Virus record (IMG/VR): IMGVR_UViG_3300006803_000024
Location: 1 to 53,318 of that record
Direction: 5' to 3' (one strand)
DNA from: a virus
Lineage: Duplodnaviria; Caudoviricetes
DNA: 53,318 nucleotides
The notes under the pieces are model-generated. The model did not search any database. It worked only from the letters and a program-made list of their open reading frames with translations, and had not been told where the DNA came from. The number at the start of each line of letters is the position of its first letter. Position 1 is the first letter of the stretch. This document shows, one piece after another, positions 1 through 9,918 of this stretch. The translations under genes and the position numbers were made by a program.

Positions 1-2325
1 AAGGCGGGCAGTGGATACAGCAATATCGTCATGTCGCAAGGCATCTCGTTCAAGGGGCCAGATAGCGACGCGACGAACTGTTTTATCCACGACTGCGCGA
101 GGGGCATGTACCTCGGCGCTGATCGCTGCGGACACTCCAACGTCACGATCCAAGACGTATACACCAATTTCACAACGTGGGGATCAGCAGCAGATGATAT
201 GTTTGCATACGATTTTGTACACATTGGCGTATGGGCGACACCTTCCGACAATACAACAGGCGTGACGGCAACCGACCCTCACTCGTCCACAGGCTCATCC
301 GGCGACCCCTCTGATGGGGCAACTATGTCGAACGTGACTATCGCGGGAGGCTACTCAGACGTAGCGTTTTGGCGGCGTGCTGATTTGCATGATGCGCTTG
401 GTTTCCCTGTACCGACATCATCATCGACTGGTGCTAAGTTCAATGATCCCAACCTTCCGGGTGCGGGTTATCCCGGCAACGGTCAGGACACCTACGCCAA
501 CGTCAAGTTTCTGTACAACCTTAACGTGACGGGCAACATTGGCCAGATGATTGCGGGATGTCGGGATGCCACGGTTTACGGGAACGTAAATTTACGGGCA
601 ACGTTGTTCGGCAGCGGCACGCCGGGGTTCTATATGGATGCCGTCGAAAACCTGAAGATTAGTAAGAACCTCTCCCCTTACCGGAACACCACTTACGAAT
701 TCGATGGTGACACAGCCAATGGTTACGTCGTCACGGATGATACTGTGACGGGCTATGACAACTTCTGGATGGAAGGCGACTTCTACCGAAATGAGTTCGT
801 TGGCCACGAGACCAAGGGCTTTGATCGTCTTGAGGCGCATGAGATCAGAGACGCCTACACCATTAAGGCGGGCAGTTGGTTGCTGGATAATGACATGGGC
901 GGGCCAAGCTCGCCCAACTATCTCGGCGCTGGTGTTGTAGCTAATGCGTTCAGCGTACCGACACCAAGCGTCGGTGTGGAGGGTTCTTATACGCGCACCC
1001 AATGGAATGCCGATGCTCGCTGGTCTGGTACATATAAGACAGGGGTGAGCGCTGGTCTTGTTGGTGGTTTCCTCGTCTCCTTCACGGCAACTACGGGGGC
1101 GGACGGCTCACAGCGCACGGTCTTCGATAGTCAGGGCAACACCTTCGAAGTATCTCGTACTACTTCTGGACGGATTGAGCTGTATCTCAAGAACAGTGCA
1201 GACACGATCCCGATGCTGAAGTTCGTCAGCAAGGATACTTACGCTGAGGGCGTTCGGGTGGACATGGCGTGTGAGTACGACTTCAGCAAAGGTATCGCTC
1301 GCGTCGCGTTCAACGGTGTGATCGACGGTTATGTCCGTGGTTCAGATTGGGACTTGTCCACCATCGACACAGATACGCTTGGTACAGTCAAGACGATGTA
1401 CCTTGGTGGTCAGTATCTCGGCGTAGTTCCCTCACACACACGTCCGTGGATTGGCGAAATCGGACTGTTCGCCTGTCACACCGGTGCCTTGCTGGGGCTG
1501 GATAGTGATGTGGGTATGTCTGCGATATATGCCGCCCCAGGTGGTTATTTCAAAGACCTCGGCACTGCTGGCGCTAACGTGATTGCAGGTGGCATGGATA
1601 TGTTCGTGACGATGGAGGATGTCGTACCGACGCAGCGTCAGGCAGGCGCAGGGACATTCTCCGCGAACAGCGGGTCCGTGGCGCTGACCTTGGCCGGGCC
1701 TCCCCCGGCTACGGTTGAACCAGTTGTGCTCGACGGTACGACGGCGTGGATCGACATGGACGTAGCTCTGGGCGCGTCGGTGCCTTATGTGACGGCGGCG
1801 TTTACGGTGAGCATCCCCGAAGCCGTGCCGAGTGTCGGCTTCGTGCTCAACTCAGGTAACGGCACAGGCGACTGGCACCTGTCACTGTTTGACAGCAACC
1901 AGCGGTGGTTCCTGAAAGCTGAGAATACCGCGGGCTCCTCTATGGGGTCGGTGTACCTGACCGGTTCAGCCATGGCCACGGCTACTGAGCAGAAGTGGCT
2001 TGTTAAGACCCGCGTAGGTTCGCAGCAAATCTGGATCGACGGTGTGCTTGCACTGGATACTGCCCTCAACGGTAATGCACAGAAGTCACCAATCCTGATC
2101 GGTGCAGGCAATATCGCTGGTGGTGCAATGGGTGTGCTGCATGTCTCGAACATGTGGTACTCCATCGAGGACAACACCACAGCGGTCTACTCCGACTTCT
2201 ACGACGGCGGTGGCAACGCGGTGTACTCGGGGACAGTCGCGGGCATGGTCCCACTTGTGGACCTGAAGTCTCTCGCAGACTGGAACGCCAGTACCTACGC
2301 AGTCGGCACGTTCGTGGCGGCATAA
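1..2325 (+). CDS. Tail fibre/tailspike receptor-binding protein, 5'-truncated by the window: beta-helix-like region followed by two LamG/concanavalin-like domains
   Basis: The frame is open from base 1 (KAGSGYSNIV precedes the ATG at 31). The protein is G/T/D/N-rich with beta-helix-like repeats (SNVTI twice). Two LamG-like segments: ...RVAFNGV...MYLGG...GEIG and VVLDGTTAWID...IWIDGV...ILIGAG. It lies just upstream of the terminase genes. Confidence 0.7.
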   Translation, partial: KAGSGYSNIVMSQGISFKGPDSDATNCFIHDCARGMYLGADRCGHSNVTIQDVYTNFTTWGSAADDMFAYDFVHIGVWATPSDNTTGVTATDPHSSTGSSGDPSDGATMSNVTIAGGYSDVAFWRRADLHDALGFPVPTSSSTGAKFNDPNLPGAGYPGNGQDTYANVKFLYNLNVTGNIGQMIAGCRDATVYGNVNLRATLFGSGTPGFYMDAVENLKISKNLSPYRNTTYEFDGDTANGYVVTDDTVTGYDNFWMEGDFYRNEFVGHETKGFDRLEAHEIRDAYTIKAGSWLLDNDMGGPSSPNYLGAGVVANAFSVPTPSVGVEGSYTRTQWNADARWSGTYKTGVSAGLVGGFLVSFTATTGADGSQRTVFDSQGNTFEVSRTTSGRIELYLKNSADTIPMLKFVSKDTYAEGVRVDMACEYDFSKGIARVAFNGVIDGYVRGSDWDLSTIDTDTLGTVKTMYLGGQYLGVVPSHTRPWIGEIGLFACHTGALLGLDSDVGMSAIYAAPGGYFKDLGTAGANVIAGGMDMFVTMEDVVPTQRQAGAGTFSANSGSVALTLAGPPPATVEPVVLDGTTAWIDMDVALGASVPYVTAAFTVSIPEAVPSVGFVLNSGNGTGDWHLSLFDSNQRWFLKAENTAGSSMGSVYLTGSAMATATEQKWLVKTRVGSQQIWIDGVLALDTALNGNAQKSPILIGAGNIAGGAMGVLHVSNMWYSIEDNTTAVYSDFYDGGGNAVYSGTVAGMVPLVDLKSLADWNASTYAVGTFVAA

Positions 2326-2342
2326 GGAGAACGACAGGTGAT

Positions 2343-2371
2343 ACCCCCGCTTAGATTTAGGCGGGGGTTTT
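2343..2371 (+). terminator. Rho-independent terminator
   Basis: ACCCCCGC-TTAGATTTAG-GCGGGGGT followed by TTT, directly after the fibre gene. Confidence 0.75.
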
Positions 2372-2445
2372 AAGTCTAAATCAAGTTCTTTACTTTTTGA
2401 TGCTTCCAATTTATTTAGTAAATTTAAGTTCTTAATACTGGAGAT
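2372..2445 (+). promoter_or_regulatory. AT-rich intergenic region, candidate sigma70-type late promoter
   Basis: TTGATG-N16-TAAATT, then a GGAG RBS before ATG 2453. N4 late genes are transcribed by host RNAP. Confidence 0.35.
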
Positions 2446-2452
2446 TCTTAAA

Positions 2453-3133
2453 ATGCTAACACTTGGAGCTGTGCAAGAAACTCTCCCTGCACAACATCGA
2501 CAAAATATTACTCAGGATATGGTTGATCAGCTCAACTCCTTGTCAAAGGATCCTGAAGAGGCCCGGTATATCCGGGATAATTTTGTGACTTTCTCTCAGG
2601 TTTTGCAAGAAGGTCGTTACAAGGTTGGGGATTATGTCCGTGCTGTGATGTATGTCTCTCACAAGGTCATGGGTAAAACAAACTTGGATGCTTATCGAGC
2701 AACCTTCCCTGATCGCTATGCGTCGATGAAGAATGCCGGGAAAGAAGCCAAGGACATTGCTTCGATTGTGACTGCCTACAACAAAGGGCAGTTGGTCACG
2801 AAGATCATGGAACGTGCGATGGTTCCTACTTGGATTCTGAATCAAGATGTATTCCAGTCTGCCATCAATACTCAGTATGAATTGATGATGGACATTGATG
2901 TTTCACCAAAGGTCCGGAGTGATGCAGCAAACAGCTTGCTGACCCACCTGAAGAAACCAGAAGCCACACACAAGACAGAGCTGAAGATCGACATTGGTCT
3001 GAACGATGGTATGGCTGCCCTTGAGCAGCAGCTCGTTGCTATGAGTCGGAAGCAGCTTGATCTGATTGAACATGATCCCAATGTCTCTGCGAATGACATC
3101 GCAGCATTACCCATGAAGACGGTGAATCCATGA
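2453..3133 (+). CDS. N4 gp69-like protein (putative terminase small subunit)
   Basis: 226 aa; overlaps the TerL start (ATGA); VRSDAANSLLTHLKKPE motif recalled from N4 gp69 homologues; synteny. Confidence 0.75.
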   Translation: MLTLGAVQETLPAQHRQNITQDMVDQLNSLSKDPEEARYIRDNFVTFSQVLQEGRYKVGDYVRAVMYVSHKVMGKTNLDAYRATFPDRYASMKNAGKEAKDIASIVTAYNKGQLVTKIMERAMVPTWILNQDVFQSAINTQYELMMDIDVSPKVRSDAANSLLTHLKKPEATHKTELKIDIGLNDGMAALEQQLVAMSRKQLDLIEHDPNVSANDIAALPMKTVNP

Positions 3134-4755
3134 TCCAAGGTGAAGACTTCGTCCCAGAAAAGACCGTAGATGATTACCTCAACGAGGTAGACTTCATGAT
3201 GCTCAACAGTCACGCTGGGTACATTCCCAGTGAGTTCTCGTTGAAATTCATGAACTTCATCAAGCTGGTCAACGGAGATCAGGGCGAAGACAACAAGACA
3301 CCGGTCATGCACCTTGCTATGTTGGACAAGCTGGCCAGCAAAGAGAAGAAGATCGCCAACCTCTGTGCTCGTGGTACGGCGAAGACCACTCTCTTCATGG
3401 AATACCTGACTCTGTATCTGGCAATGTTTGGAACCCTCCCTAACTTTGGAGTGGTCACTGGGATGTTGTACATCTCGGACTCGATGGACAACGGTGTAAA
3501 GAGTGCTCGGAACTCAATCGAGTTTCGATACAACAACTCTGAATTCCTTCAGGCATGGATCCCCAAAGCAAAGTTCACTGAGAATTATCTGGAATTTGAG
3601 AACAAGCGTGGACACAAACTGGGCGTAAAGATGTTCGGTGCGAAGTCTGGTATCCGGGGTACAAAGATCTTCGGGAAACGTCCTGTGTTGGCAGTGATGG
3701 ATGACTTGGTTTCAGATGCTGACTCCAAATCCCAGACTGCCATGGAAGCAATCAAGGACACAGTTTACTCCGGAGTCCAGTATGCGTTGGATCCAACCCG
3801 GAACAAGATGATCATGAACGGGACACCGTTCAATAAGAACGACATCGTCTATGAAGCAATTGAGTCCGGAGCATGGCATGTCAACGTGTGGCCGATCTGT
3901 GAGAAGTTCCCCTGCTCTCGTGAAGAGTTTCGTGGAGCTTGGGAAGATCGCTTCACCTATGAGTATGTCTTCGAGCAGTACAACTCTGCCAAGAAAGAGG
4001 GAAAGTTGAAGAGCTTCCGTCAAGAACTTATGCTCCGGATTACTTCGGATGAATCTCGTCTGGTTCAAGACTCTGAGATCCTCTGGCGTCCACGAGCACC
4101 CGTGCTCCAGAAGAAGCAGAACTACAACTTCTACATCACCACTGATTTTGCTACGTCGTCGAAGCAGACAGCCGATTACTCGGTACAATCAGTGTGGGCA
4201 TACAATCAATCTGATGAGTGGCACTGGGTTGATGGGGTCTGTGAACGCTGGACCATGGACAAAGCTATTGATCAACTTTTTGAGTTTGTTGACGAATACC
4301 AACCTCAAGGTGTAGGTGTCGAGATCAGTGGACAACAACAAGGATTTATCCAATGGTTAATGAACGAAATGAATTACCGGAACAAATTCTTCAACCTGAC
4401 GAACCAGAAGGGGAAACCTGGTATCCGGCCAACCACAGACAAGCTGGCCCGTTTCAATATGGTTGTCCCATTCTTCAAGGCAGGAAAAGTGTTTTTCCCA
4501 AGTGAGTTGAAAAATACGAAGACACTTGGTATCTTCATAGAACAGATCGCCCTTGCAACCAAGGACGGTATCAAAGGCAAAGATGACTGCATCGACACGA
4601 TTTCCATGTTGCAGTATATGAATCCTTGGACCCCCAGCTCAGATACGATGGACGATGGTGACATTTCATCAGTACGTTCGAACCAAGTTTGGGGTAGTAA
4701 TTTACTCACTCCTGATGATACAGATGAAACGCAATATGGATCCTATGTGGTCTGA
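3130..4755 (+). CDS. terL: Terminase large subunit (N4 gp68-like)
   Basis: Walker A-like ARGTAKTT, Walker B LAVMDD, motif III NGTP, nuclease motifs TTDFA and KDDCID. Confidence 0.95.
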   Translation: MIQGEDFVPEKTVDDYLNEVDFMMLNSHAGYIPSEFSLKFMNFIKLVNGDQGEDNKTPVMHLAMLDKLASKEKKIANLCARGTAKTTLFMEYLTLYLAMFGTLPNFGVVTGMLYISDSMDNGVKSARNSIEFRYNNSEFLQAWIPKAKFTENYLEFENKRGHKLGVKMFGAKSGIRGTKIFGKRPVLAVMDDLVSDADSKSQTAMEAIKDTVYSGVQYALDPTRNKMIMNGTPFNKNDIVYEAIESGAWHVNVWPICEKFPCSREEFRGAWEDRFTYEYVFEQYNSAKKEGKLKSFRQELMLRITSDESRLVQDSEILWRPRAPVLQKKQNYNFYITTDFATSSKQTADYSVQSVWAYNQSDEWHWVDGVCERWTMDKAIDQLFEFVDEYQPQGVGVEISGQQQGFIQWLMNEMNYRNKFFNLTNQKGKPGIRPTTDKLARFNMVVPFFKAGKVFFPSELKNTKTLGIFIEQIALATKDGIKGKDDCIDTISMLQYMNPWTPSSDTMDDGDISSVRSNQVWGSNLLTPDDTDETQYGSYVV

Positions 4756-4778
4756 TTTTCTCGAAAGAGGGTAACACT

Positions 4779-5474
4779 ATGATCCCATTTAATTCCTTCA
4801 GCCAACGTCTGGCTTTCGGTCAACTGAAAAACACATCTGCCGTGGATGAAGATAACCTTGGGGTTATCTGCCCAAAACACTATGGAACTATTTTGTCTTT
4901 GACCAATCAAGGTTTAGTAGATCTGTCAACACGGTTTCCATTGATTAAAGGTCAAGTCGATTTGACATTTGTCTTGAACCAGAACATATACCCACTGACT
5001 CAAGCCAATCTGGGAACATCTCTCACAGATTCTCCGGATGATACATTTCTTGATGACGAGTTTGTGAAGGTGCTGGATCTGTTCGATGCAATCGGAGATC
5101 GACATGTGGTCAATACTAGTGGTCACATTCTGACACCATCATTCAACACTCTTCGTTTTACAGATGCGAAGATTACTGAATTCACAGAGATTGCTTCTCC
5201 AGACCCAGCACGGATTCGCATTCGCTATCAAAAGAAACATCCAACAATTACTTCGACTGGGAATATCAATTTACCCCCGAATCTAGAGACAGCATTGCAA
5301 CTCTTCGTTGCATCGTTGTATATAAGTCATATGGGCGGACCTGACCACTCAGCCAAAGGCGATAGCTATTATGCCGCCTACCTCCGGCACATCGGTGAGG
5401 ATGAAATGAAAGATTTATCGTCCACCTCCGAAGTTGAGGAAAACGATAAGTTTACAAACCGGGGGTTTGTATAA
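4779..5474 (+). CDS. Virion structural/head-tail adaptor protein (N4 gp67-like)
   Basis: 231 aa directly after TerL; C-terminal KFTNRGFV; synteny with N4. Confidence 0.7.
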   Translation: MIPFNSFSQRLAFGQLKNTSAVDEDNLGVICPKHYGTILSLTNQGLVDLSTRFPLIKGQVDLTFVLNQNIYPLTQANLGTSLTDSPDDTFLDDEFVKVLDLFDAIGDRHVVNTSGHILTPSFNTLRFTDAKITEFTEIASPDPARIRIRYQKKHPTITSTGNINLPPNLETALQLFVASLYISHMGGPDHSAKGDSYYAAYLRHIGEDEMKDLSSTSEVEENDKFTNRGFV

Positions 5475-5816
5475 ATGGCTGACTTAAAAGATCCAAACCT
5501 AATCGGGGAAGTATTCAACCAGCGAGCTGCAATTCTGACGTTCATGGGATCGTTGGGTGGTAGCGTGCGAGCTGCTGTTTTGAAGACAACTTGGCGTGAA
5601 GGTCTTCGTGTGGTATTCGTTGGTGGAGCTGTCGCATTTGGCGTCGGTGTACTTGGGCCTGTAATCATGAAACCGTGGATTGGCGAATTACCTGATGAAA
5701 TGGCTGGAGCTTTAGGGACTCTAACAGCCGCCTCCTTTTTTGTTGGTTTGGTGGCAGTAACACTCGTTGAGCGATTCATTTCTGGTCCTACTGATGGAGG
5801 TGGAAATGAGGCATAA
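5475..5816 (+). CDS. Putative holin
   Basis: 113 aa with 2-3 hydrophobic helices; first gene of the lysis cassette. Confidence 0.65.
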   Translation: MADLKDPNLIGEVFNQRAAILTFMGSLGGSVRAAVLKTTWREGLRVVFVGGAVAFGVGVLGPVIMKPWIGELPDEMAGALGTLTAASFFVGLVAVTLVERFISGPTDGGGNEA

Positions 5817-6351
5817 TAACCAAAGTATAAAGGTTTTTCGGGCAGAAAAAACAACCAAGAACCAAGATGACTTCAAGGTTCTGGTAGTTGGTTTAATGAT
5901 TTCAATTATAATTCTTCTCATGATCCCATTCGTAGGTACTACCTATGATAAACAGTTTGCTGAACGTCCGTTTCTAACTGCGACCGTTGAGATCGTGAAG
6001 ACAGATGACTATGAGCTTCCAATGCTTCTGTATGATGCAGATGCGAAGCAGCATGTACAGGCAACATGGATTGCCACTATCCGGGATGCAAAAGACATTC
6101 GTTTGGAGACTCGTCGTGGAAACGGAGATTACATTGTTCGTGAAGACAGTCCTCGTCTTTGGACATGGGAAGCCTTCTTCGACAATGAGTCAGGTGGTGC
6201 TTCTCCTCGTGTTCCAGAACAACCTTTCATGGTTTGTCTGCGTTACACATCTCGGACTGTGGACACCAACACGGTCGATGAGACCCCGGAAGTTTGCAGC
6301 AAGGTTTTCTACCCTAGTGAGGGAACCCCAATCGTAGAGGAAGTCCAATGA
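5806..6351 (+). CDS. Single-pass membrane protein in the lysis cassette (possible antiholin/lysis regulator)
   Basis: ATG 5806 follows GGAGG; one TM helix (VLVVGLMISIIILLMIPFV) then a soluble domain with two Cys; overlaps both holin and endolysin. Confidence 0.55.
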   Translation: MRHNNQSIKVFRAEKTTKNQDDFKVLVVGLMISIIILLMIPFVGTTYDKQFAERPFLTATVEIVKTDDYELPMLLYDADAKQHVQATWIATIRDAKDIRLETRRGNGDYIVREDSPRLWTWEAFFDNESGGASPRVPEQPFMVCLRYTSRTVDTNTVDETPEVCSKVFYPSEGTPIVEEVQ

Positions 6352-7025
6352 CTATTTCCGTTCGTGATTACCAGATCCGGTGCAACTCGCTTGCTCTTCC
6401 TGGTTCAACTGTCCTGAAGGTTGACGGGATGAATGGCCCGAACACCCGTCGGCAGATTGCCATCGTGAAGAATGCGATGCAGGTAGATGACGATGAAGAC
6501 ATCATGGATCCCTCCGGGATCTTTCGTGTTCACTGGCACTGGGCTGCGTCCACGTACACGGTGAACTGGAACGTGGTGAAACACTACAACGGTGTGTTTG
6601 ACAAAGATGGCAACAAGCATGACGGTGGGACACCTCCTCAACAGCAAGCTGTCTACCTCTCCGGCAAGTACGGCGTGAGCCATACCTTCAATGCCAACAC
6701 AGGTGCTGTCGGTCTCTCTGTGGCAGCCATGGCTGAAGCCAAGGTGACAAACTGGGGAACTGGTGTCGTCGATCAGGGGAAGTACCCTCTGACTTGGGAA
6801 GGCATTGATGGGATGCTGAAGGAGACTGTGAAGCTGTGTCGTGAATTCGACATCAAGCCATCTCCGTGGACAACCATCACTCATGCTGAGGTCCAGACCA
6901 ACATCGGGATCAAGCAGAAGAACAAGTGGGACATCCGGGTTCTTCCGGACAATCCGACCAAACTTCTGGGTGAAAAGGAAGCCGGGGACATGCTCCGTGC
7001 TCGAATGATGGAGAAATTCTGGTGA
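6348..7025 (+). CDS. Endolysin: N-acetylmuramoyl-L-alanine amidase-like with an N-terminal peptidoglycan-binding motif
   Basis: LKVDGMNGPNT PG-binding motif; HW..., SHT..AN, THAEV and KWD zinc-amidase-like motifs. Confidence 0.8.
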   Translation: MTISVRDYQIRCNSLALPGSTVLKVDGMNGPNTRRQIAIVKNAMQVDDDEDIMDPSGIFRVHWHWAASTYTVNWNVVKHYNGVFDKDGNKHDGGTPPQQQAVYLSGKYGVSHTFNANTGAVGLSVAAMAEAKVTNWGTGVVDQGKYPLTWEGIDGMLKETVKLCREFDIKPSPWTTITHAEVQTNIGIKQKNKWDIRVLPDNPTKLLGEKEAGDMLRARMMEKFW

Positions 7026-7357
7026 AATACCAACTCCAAATCATCGCTTTGATCGGAGGTCTCGCCCTGATGGGCGGGGCTTTCGTTTATGGGTATCACA
7101 AAGGTTCTCTTGCCGAATTGACAAAAATCGCTGAAAAGACTGCTGAAACCCAAGAAGACTTGTTCGATCTGAATGAGGTGATTCGCAAACAGACTGAGGC
7201 TCTTCGTCAAGCTGAACGTGAACGAGAGGAATTGATTGATGCACTCGAAGAAGAAGCCTCTGTGGCTGCTGGTTCTGATGGTCCCGGTGTTGTCACTACT
7301 GGGGGGATGCAGCGGCTCGAACGTCGGTGGGGTCCGAATCCAAGAACTTCCAACTGA
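7022..7357 (+). CDS. i-spanin (Rz-like)
   Basis: N-terminal TM helix plus coiled coil; follows the endolysin. Confidence 0.75.
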   Translation: MKYQLQIIALIGGLALMGGAFVYGYHKGSLAELTKIAEKTAETQEDLFDLNEVIRKQTEALRQAEREREELIDALEEEASVAAGSDGPGVVTTGGMQRLERRWGPNPRTSN

Positions 7358-7532
7358 CGTAACTGAACCTTGCCCACATCCTTTGGAAGTGATCCAAAGA
7401 GTTCGAGGTCTTTCCGTTGGTTCAGATGAGATCCGTATGGGTCGTCTAGGTGATGCGCTTATAGAGTGTGGCGCTGAGAAACAAATTGCTGTAAACGCAA
7501 ATCAACAACTCATTGAGATCTTTCGAAACTAG
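7239..7532 (+). CDS. o-spanin (Rz1-like lipoprotein), overlapping the i-spanin 3' end in another frame
   Basis: Basic N-terminus KKK, hydrophobic stretch, lipobox LLGG-C, further Cys residues and CPHP. Confidence 0.8.
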   Translation: MHSKKKPLWLLVLMVPVLSLLGGCSGSNVGGVRIQELPTDVTEPCPHPLEVIQRVRGLSVGSDEIRMGRLGDALIECGAEKQIAVNANQQLIEIFRN

Positions 7533-7542
7533 GAGTCGAATC

Positions 7543-9873
7543 GTGAAAAATGAAAACGACATGATCGAGAACGATGTCCAGTCCCCGAAGACTGACAACG
7601 ACTCCACGTCCGAGATTTACAACCCTGCGGACCTGAGCAAACCTCAATCTGAGAAGCTGACCAAGTGGGCGCAAGAGCCTTCGATTGCTGATTTGAAAGG
7701 CGATCTGGAATATGCTCGTCAAGAGAACACCGACCAAAAGGCCAACGTCGAAGGATGGATGGCTCTTCGAAATGCAACCGGTGCTGAGTCTGGAAAAAAG
7801 ACCAAGACTCCAGGTCGTTCTTCTGTTCAGCCAAAGCTGATCCGGAAGCACAATGAGTGGCGTTATCCTGCGTTGAGTGAACCGTTCCTGAACACGGAAC
7901 GTATGTTTAATATCAACCCCCGCACATTTGAAGATAAAGCTGCTGCTGACCAAAACCAGTTGATTATTAATTGGCAGTTCGACACCAAGCTAAATAAGGT
8001 TGATTTCATTGACCGATATGTCCGTAAGACTGTGGATGAGGGGACATGTGTGGTTCGTGTTGGCTGGGAACGGAAGACCGAGAAGGTCAAAGTCCTGAAG
8101 CCTGTTTATGAATACACCATGATGGAAGTGGGTGATGAAGAGGGTATGCAGATGCTGGCTCAGGCAACTGAGATGGCGACATCTGATCCTGAAGCATGGG
8201 AAGCAGATCCTTCAATCCCTGATGAACTTCGGGCTGCCGTTGAGTATGGGCTTGAGGACCAAGAGATGGTTGTCGCCACTCAGATCGACGAAGAGTGGGT
8301 TGAAGAGACCAAGATCACATACAACCAACCTTCTTTGAAGATCGTCGATGTGGCGAACTTTTTCATTGACCCTTCTTGCGAGGGTGAGTGGGAAAATGCC
8401 CAATTTATGGTTCATACCTACGAGTCCACAAAGTCCGAGTTGAAGAAGCGTCGGATTTACAAGAACTTGGAAGAAGTGAACTGGGGTGCAAACCAGATCA
8501 AAGCACAAGTGGGTGATCCAGATCACGAGACAACCACACCCATTCCCGATGGCCGGATGAACTCGGACAAAGCCAAGGTGCTGGTCTATGAATATTGGGG
8601 TCTGTGGGATGTTCACGGTGATGGGGAGATGATCCCGATTGTTGCCACCTTCATTGGTGATACAATGATCCAGCTCACAGAGAATCCATTCCCTGACCGG
8701 AAGCCTCCGTTCGTTGTTGTTCCGTATATGCCTATCCTTGGTTCAATCTGGGGCGAAGCTGATGCTTCTCTTCTGCAAGACAACCAGCGGATCCTTGGTG
8801 CTGTTACTCGTGGTACGATTGACCTGTTGGGTCGCTCTGCAAACGCACAGTCAGGCTATGCTAAGGGCTTTCTGGATCCAGTGAACCGGAAGCGTTTCGT
8901 GAATGGGGAAGACTTCGAGTACAACCCGAACTCAGATCCTCGTGTTGCAATTCAGCAACTACAGTATCCTGAGATCCCGAACTCTGCTCTGACAATGATG
9001 CAGCTCCAGAACGCTGAAGCTGAGGGTCTGAGCGGGGTCAAATCATTCTCAGGTGGTATCACTGGTGAAGCCTATGGCCGAGTCGCTCGTGGTATCTCTG
9101 GTGCGTTGGATGCGGCTGGCCAACGTGAGATGAGTATCCTCCGTCGTCTGGCCGAGGGTATGCGTCTGATTGGCCGTAAGATCATGTCGATGAACGCTTA
9201 TTTCCTGGAAGAGAAAGAGATCATCCGGGTCACGAACAAAGAGTTCGTCGAAATCAAACGCGAAGATCTGTCTGGGAACTTCGATCTGCTGGTGGACATC
9301 TCCACTGCTCAGGTTGACGAACAGAAGTCTCAGGATCTGGGAATGATGCTTCAGACGATTGGTCCAGATATGGATCCCGGTCTCTCGAAGATCATCCTGG
9401 GTCAAATCGCAGATCTGAAGCGTATGCCTGATCTTGCAGAACAGATCCGTGCTTATGAGCCTCAGCCTGATCCGATGCAGGTTCGTATGCAGGAACTTCA
9501 GATCGAGAAGCTGGAAGCAGAGATTGCTCTGGACCGTGCTCGTGCTCTTGAAGCAGAAGCCCGTGCTGAAGGCAAATCTCTTGATACAGAGCTTGAAGTT
9601 ACTGGTTCTAAGCATCAGCGTGATGTTGAGAAGATGGGTGCTCAGGCTCGTGGCAACCGTGATCTAGAAGTCACCAAGGGTCTCCTTAAAGGGGAGACTC
9701 CTGCTGGTATGATTGAGGCTGCTGTCGGTTTCAATAAGTTGGTGGAAGAATCAGATCGTATGCAGGCAAAGCCTGAAGCACCTTTGGGACGACCACCAGT
9801 TGAACAGCCAACGTTGCCAATGGCCCCCCTTGGAACTATTCCCCAACAACAACCTCTTGCTTTACCTCAGTAA
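7543..9873 (+). CDS. Portal protein (N4 gp59-like)
   Basis: AGGAG RBS before GTG 7543; GRSSVQPKLIRK..EWRYPALSEPFL, FFIDPSC, YEYWG motifs; coiled-coil C-terminus. Confidence 0.92.
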   Translation: MKNENDMIENDVQSPKTDNDSTSEIYNPADLSKPQSEKLTKWAQEPSIADLKGDLEYARQENTDQKANVEGWMALRNATGAESGKKTKTPGRSSVQPKLIRKHNEWRYPALSEPFLNTERMFNINPRTFEDKAAADQNQLIINWQFDTKLNKVDFIDRYVRKTVDEGTCVVRVGWERKTEKVKVLKPVYEYTMMEVGDEEGMQMLAQATEMATSDPEAWEADPSIPDELRAAVEYGLEDQEMVVATQIDEEWVEETKITYNQPSLKIVDVANFFIDPSCEGEWENAQFMVHTYESTKSELKKRRIYKNLEEVNWGANQIKAQVGDPDHETTTPIPDGRMNSDKAKVLVYEYWGLWDVHGDGEMIPIVATFIGDTMIQLTENPFPDRKPPFVVVPYMPILGSIWGEADASLLQDNQRILGAVTRGTIDLLGRSANAQSGYAKGFLDPVNRKRFVNGEDFEYNPNSDPRVAIQQLQYPEIPNSALTMMQLQNAEAEGLSGVKSFSGGITGEAYGRVARGISGALDAAGQREMSILRRLAEGMRLIGRKIMSMNAYFLEEKEIIRVTNKEFVEIKREDLSGNFDLLVDISTAQVDEQKSQDLGMMLQTIGPDMDPGLSKIILGQIADLKRMPDLAEQIRAYEPQPDPMQVRMQELQIEKLEAEIALDRARALEAEARAEGKSLDTELEVTGSKHQRDVEKMGAQARGNRDLEVTKGLLKGETPAGMIEAAVGFNKLVEESDRMQAKPEAPLGRPPVEQPTLPMAPLGTIPQQQPLALPQ

Positions 9874-9918
9874 AGTAAGTTACGAACAATTTACTGTAAC
9901 ATATCAACCACAAAGGAT

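Noticed and set aside
1-876. 12-nt repeat AAGGCGGGCAGT at 1-12 and 865-876
   Set aside because: Short, in frame (KAGS) within one gene; chance or a protein-level repeat.
2374-2384. TCTAAATCAAG shared with the nrdJ upstream region (43875-43885, - strand)
   Set aside because: Only two AT-rich copies noticed; too few to call a promoter motif.
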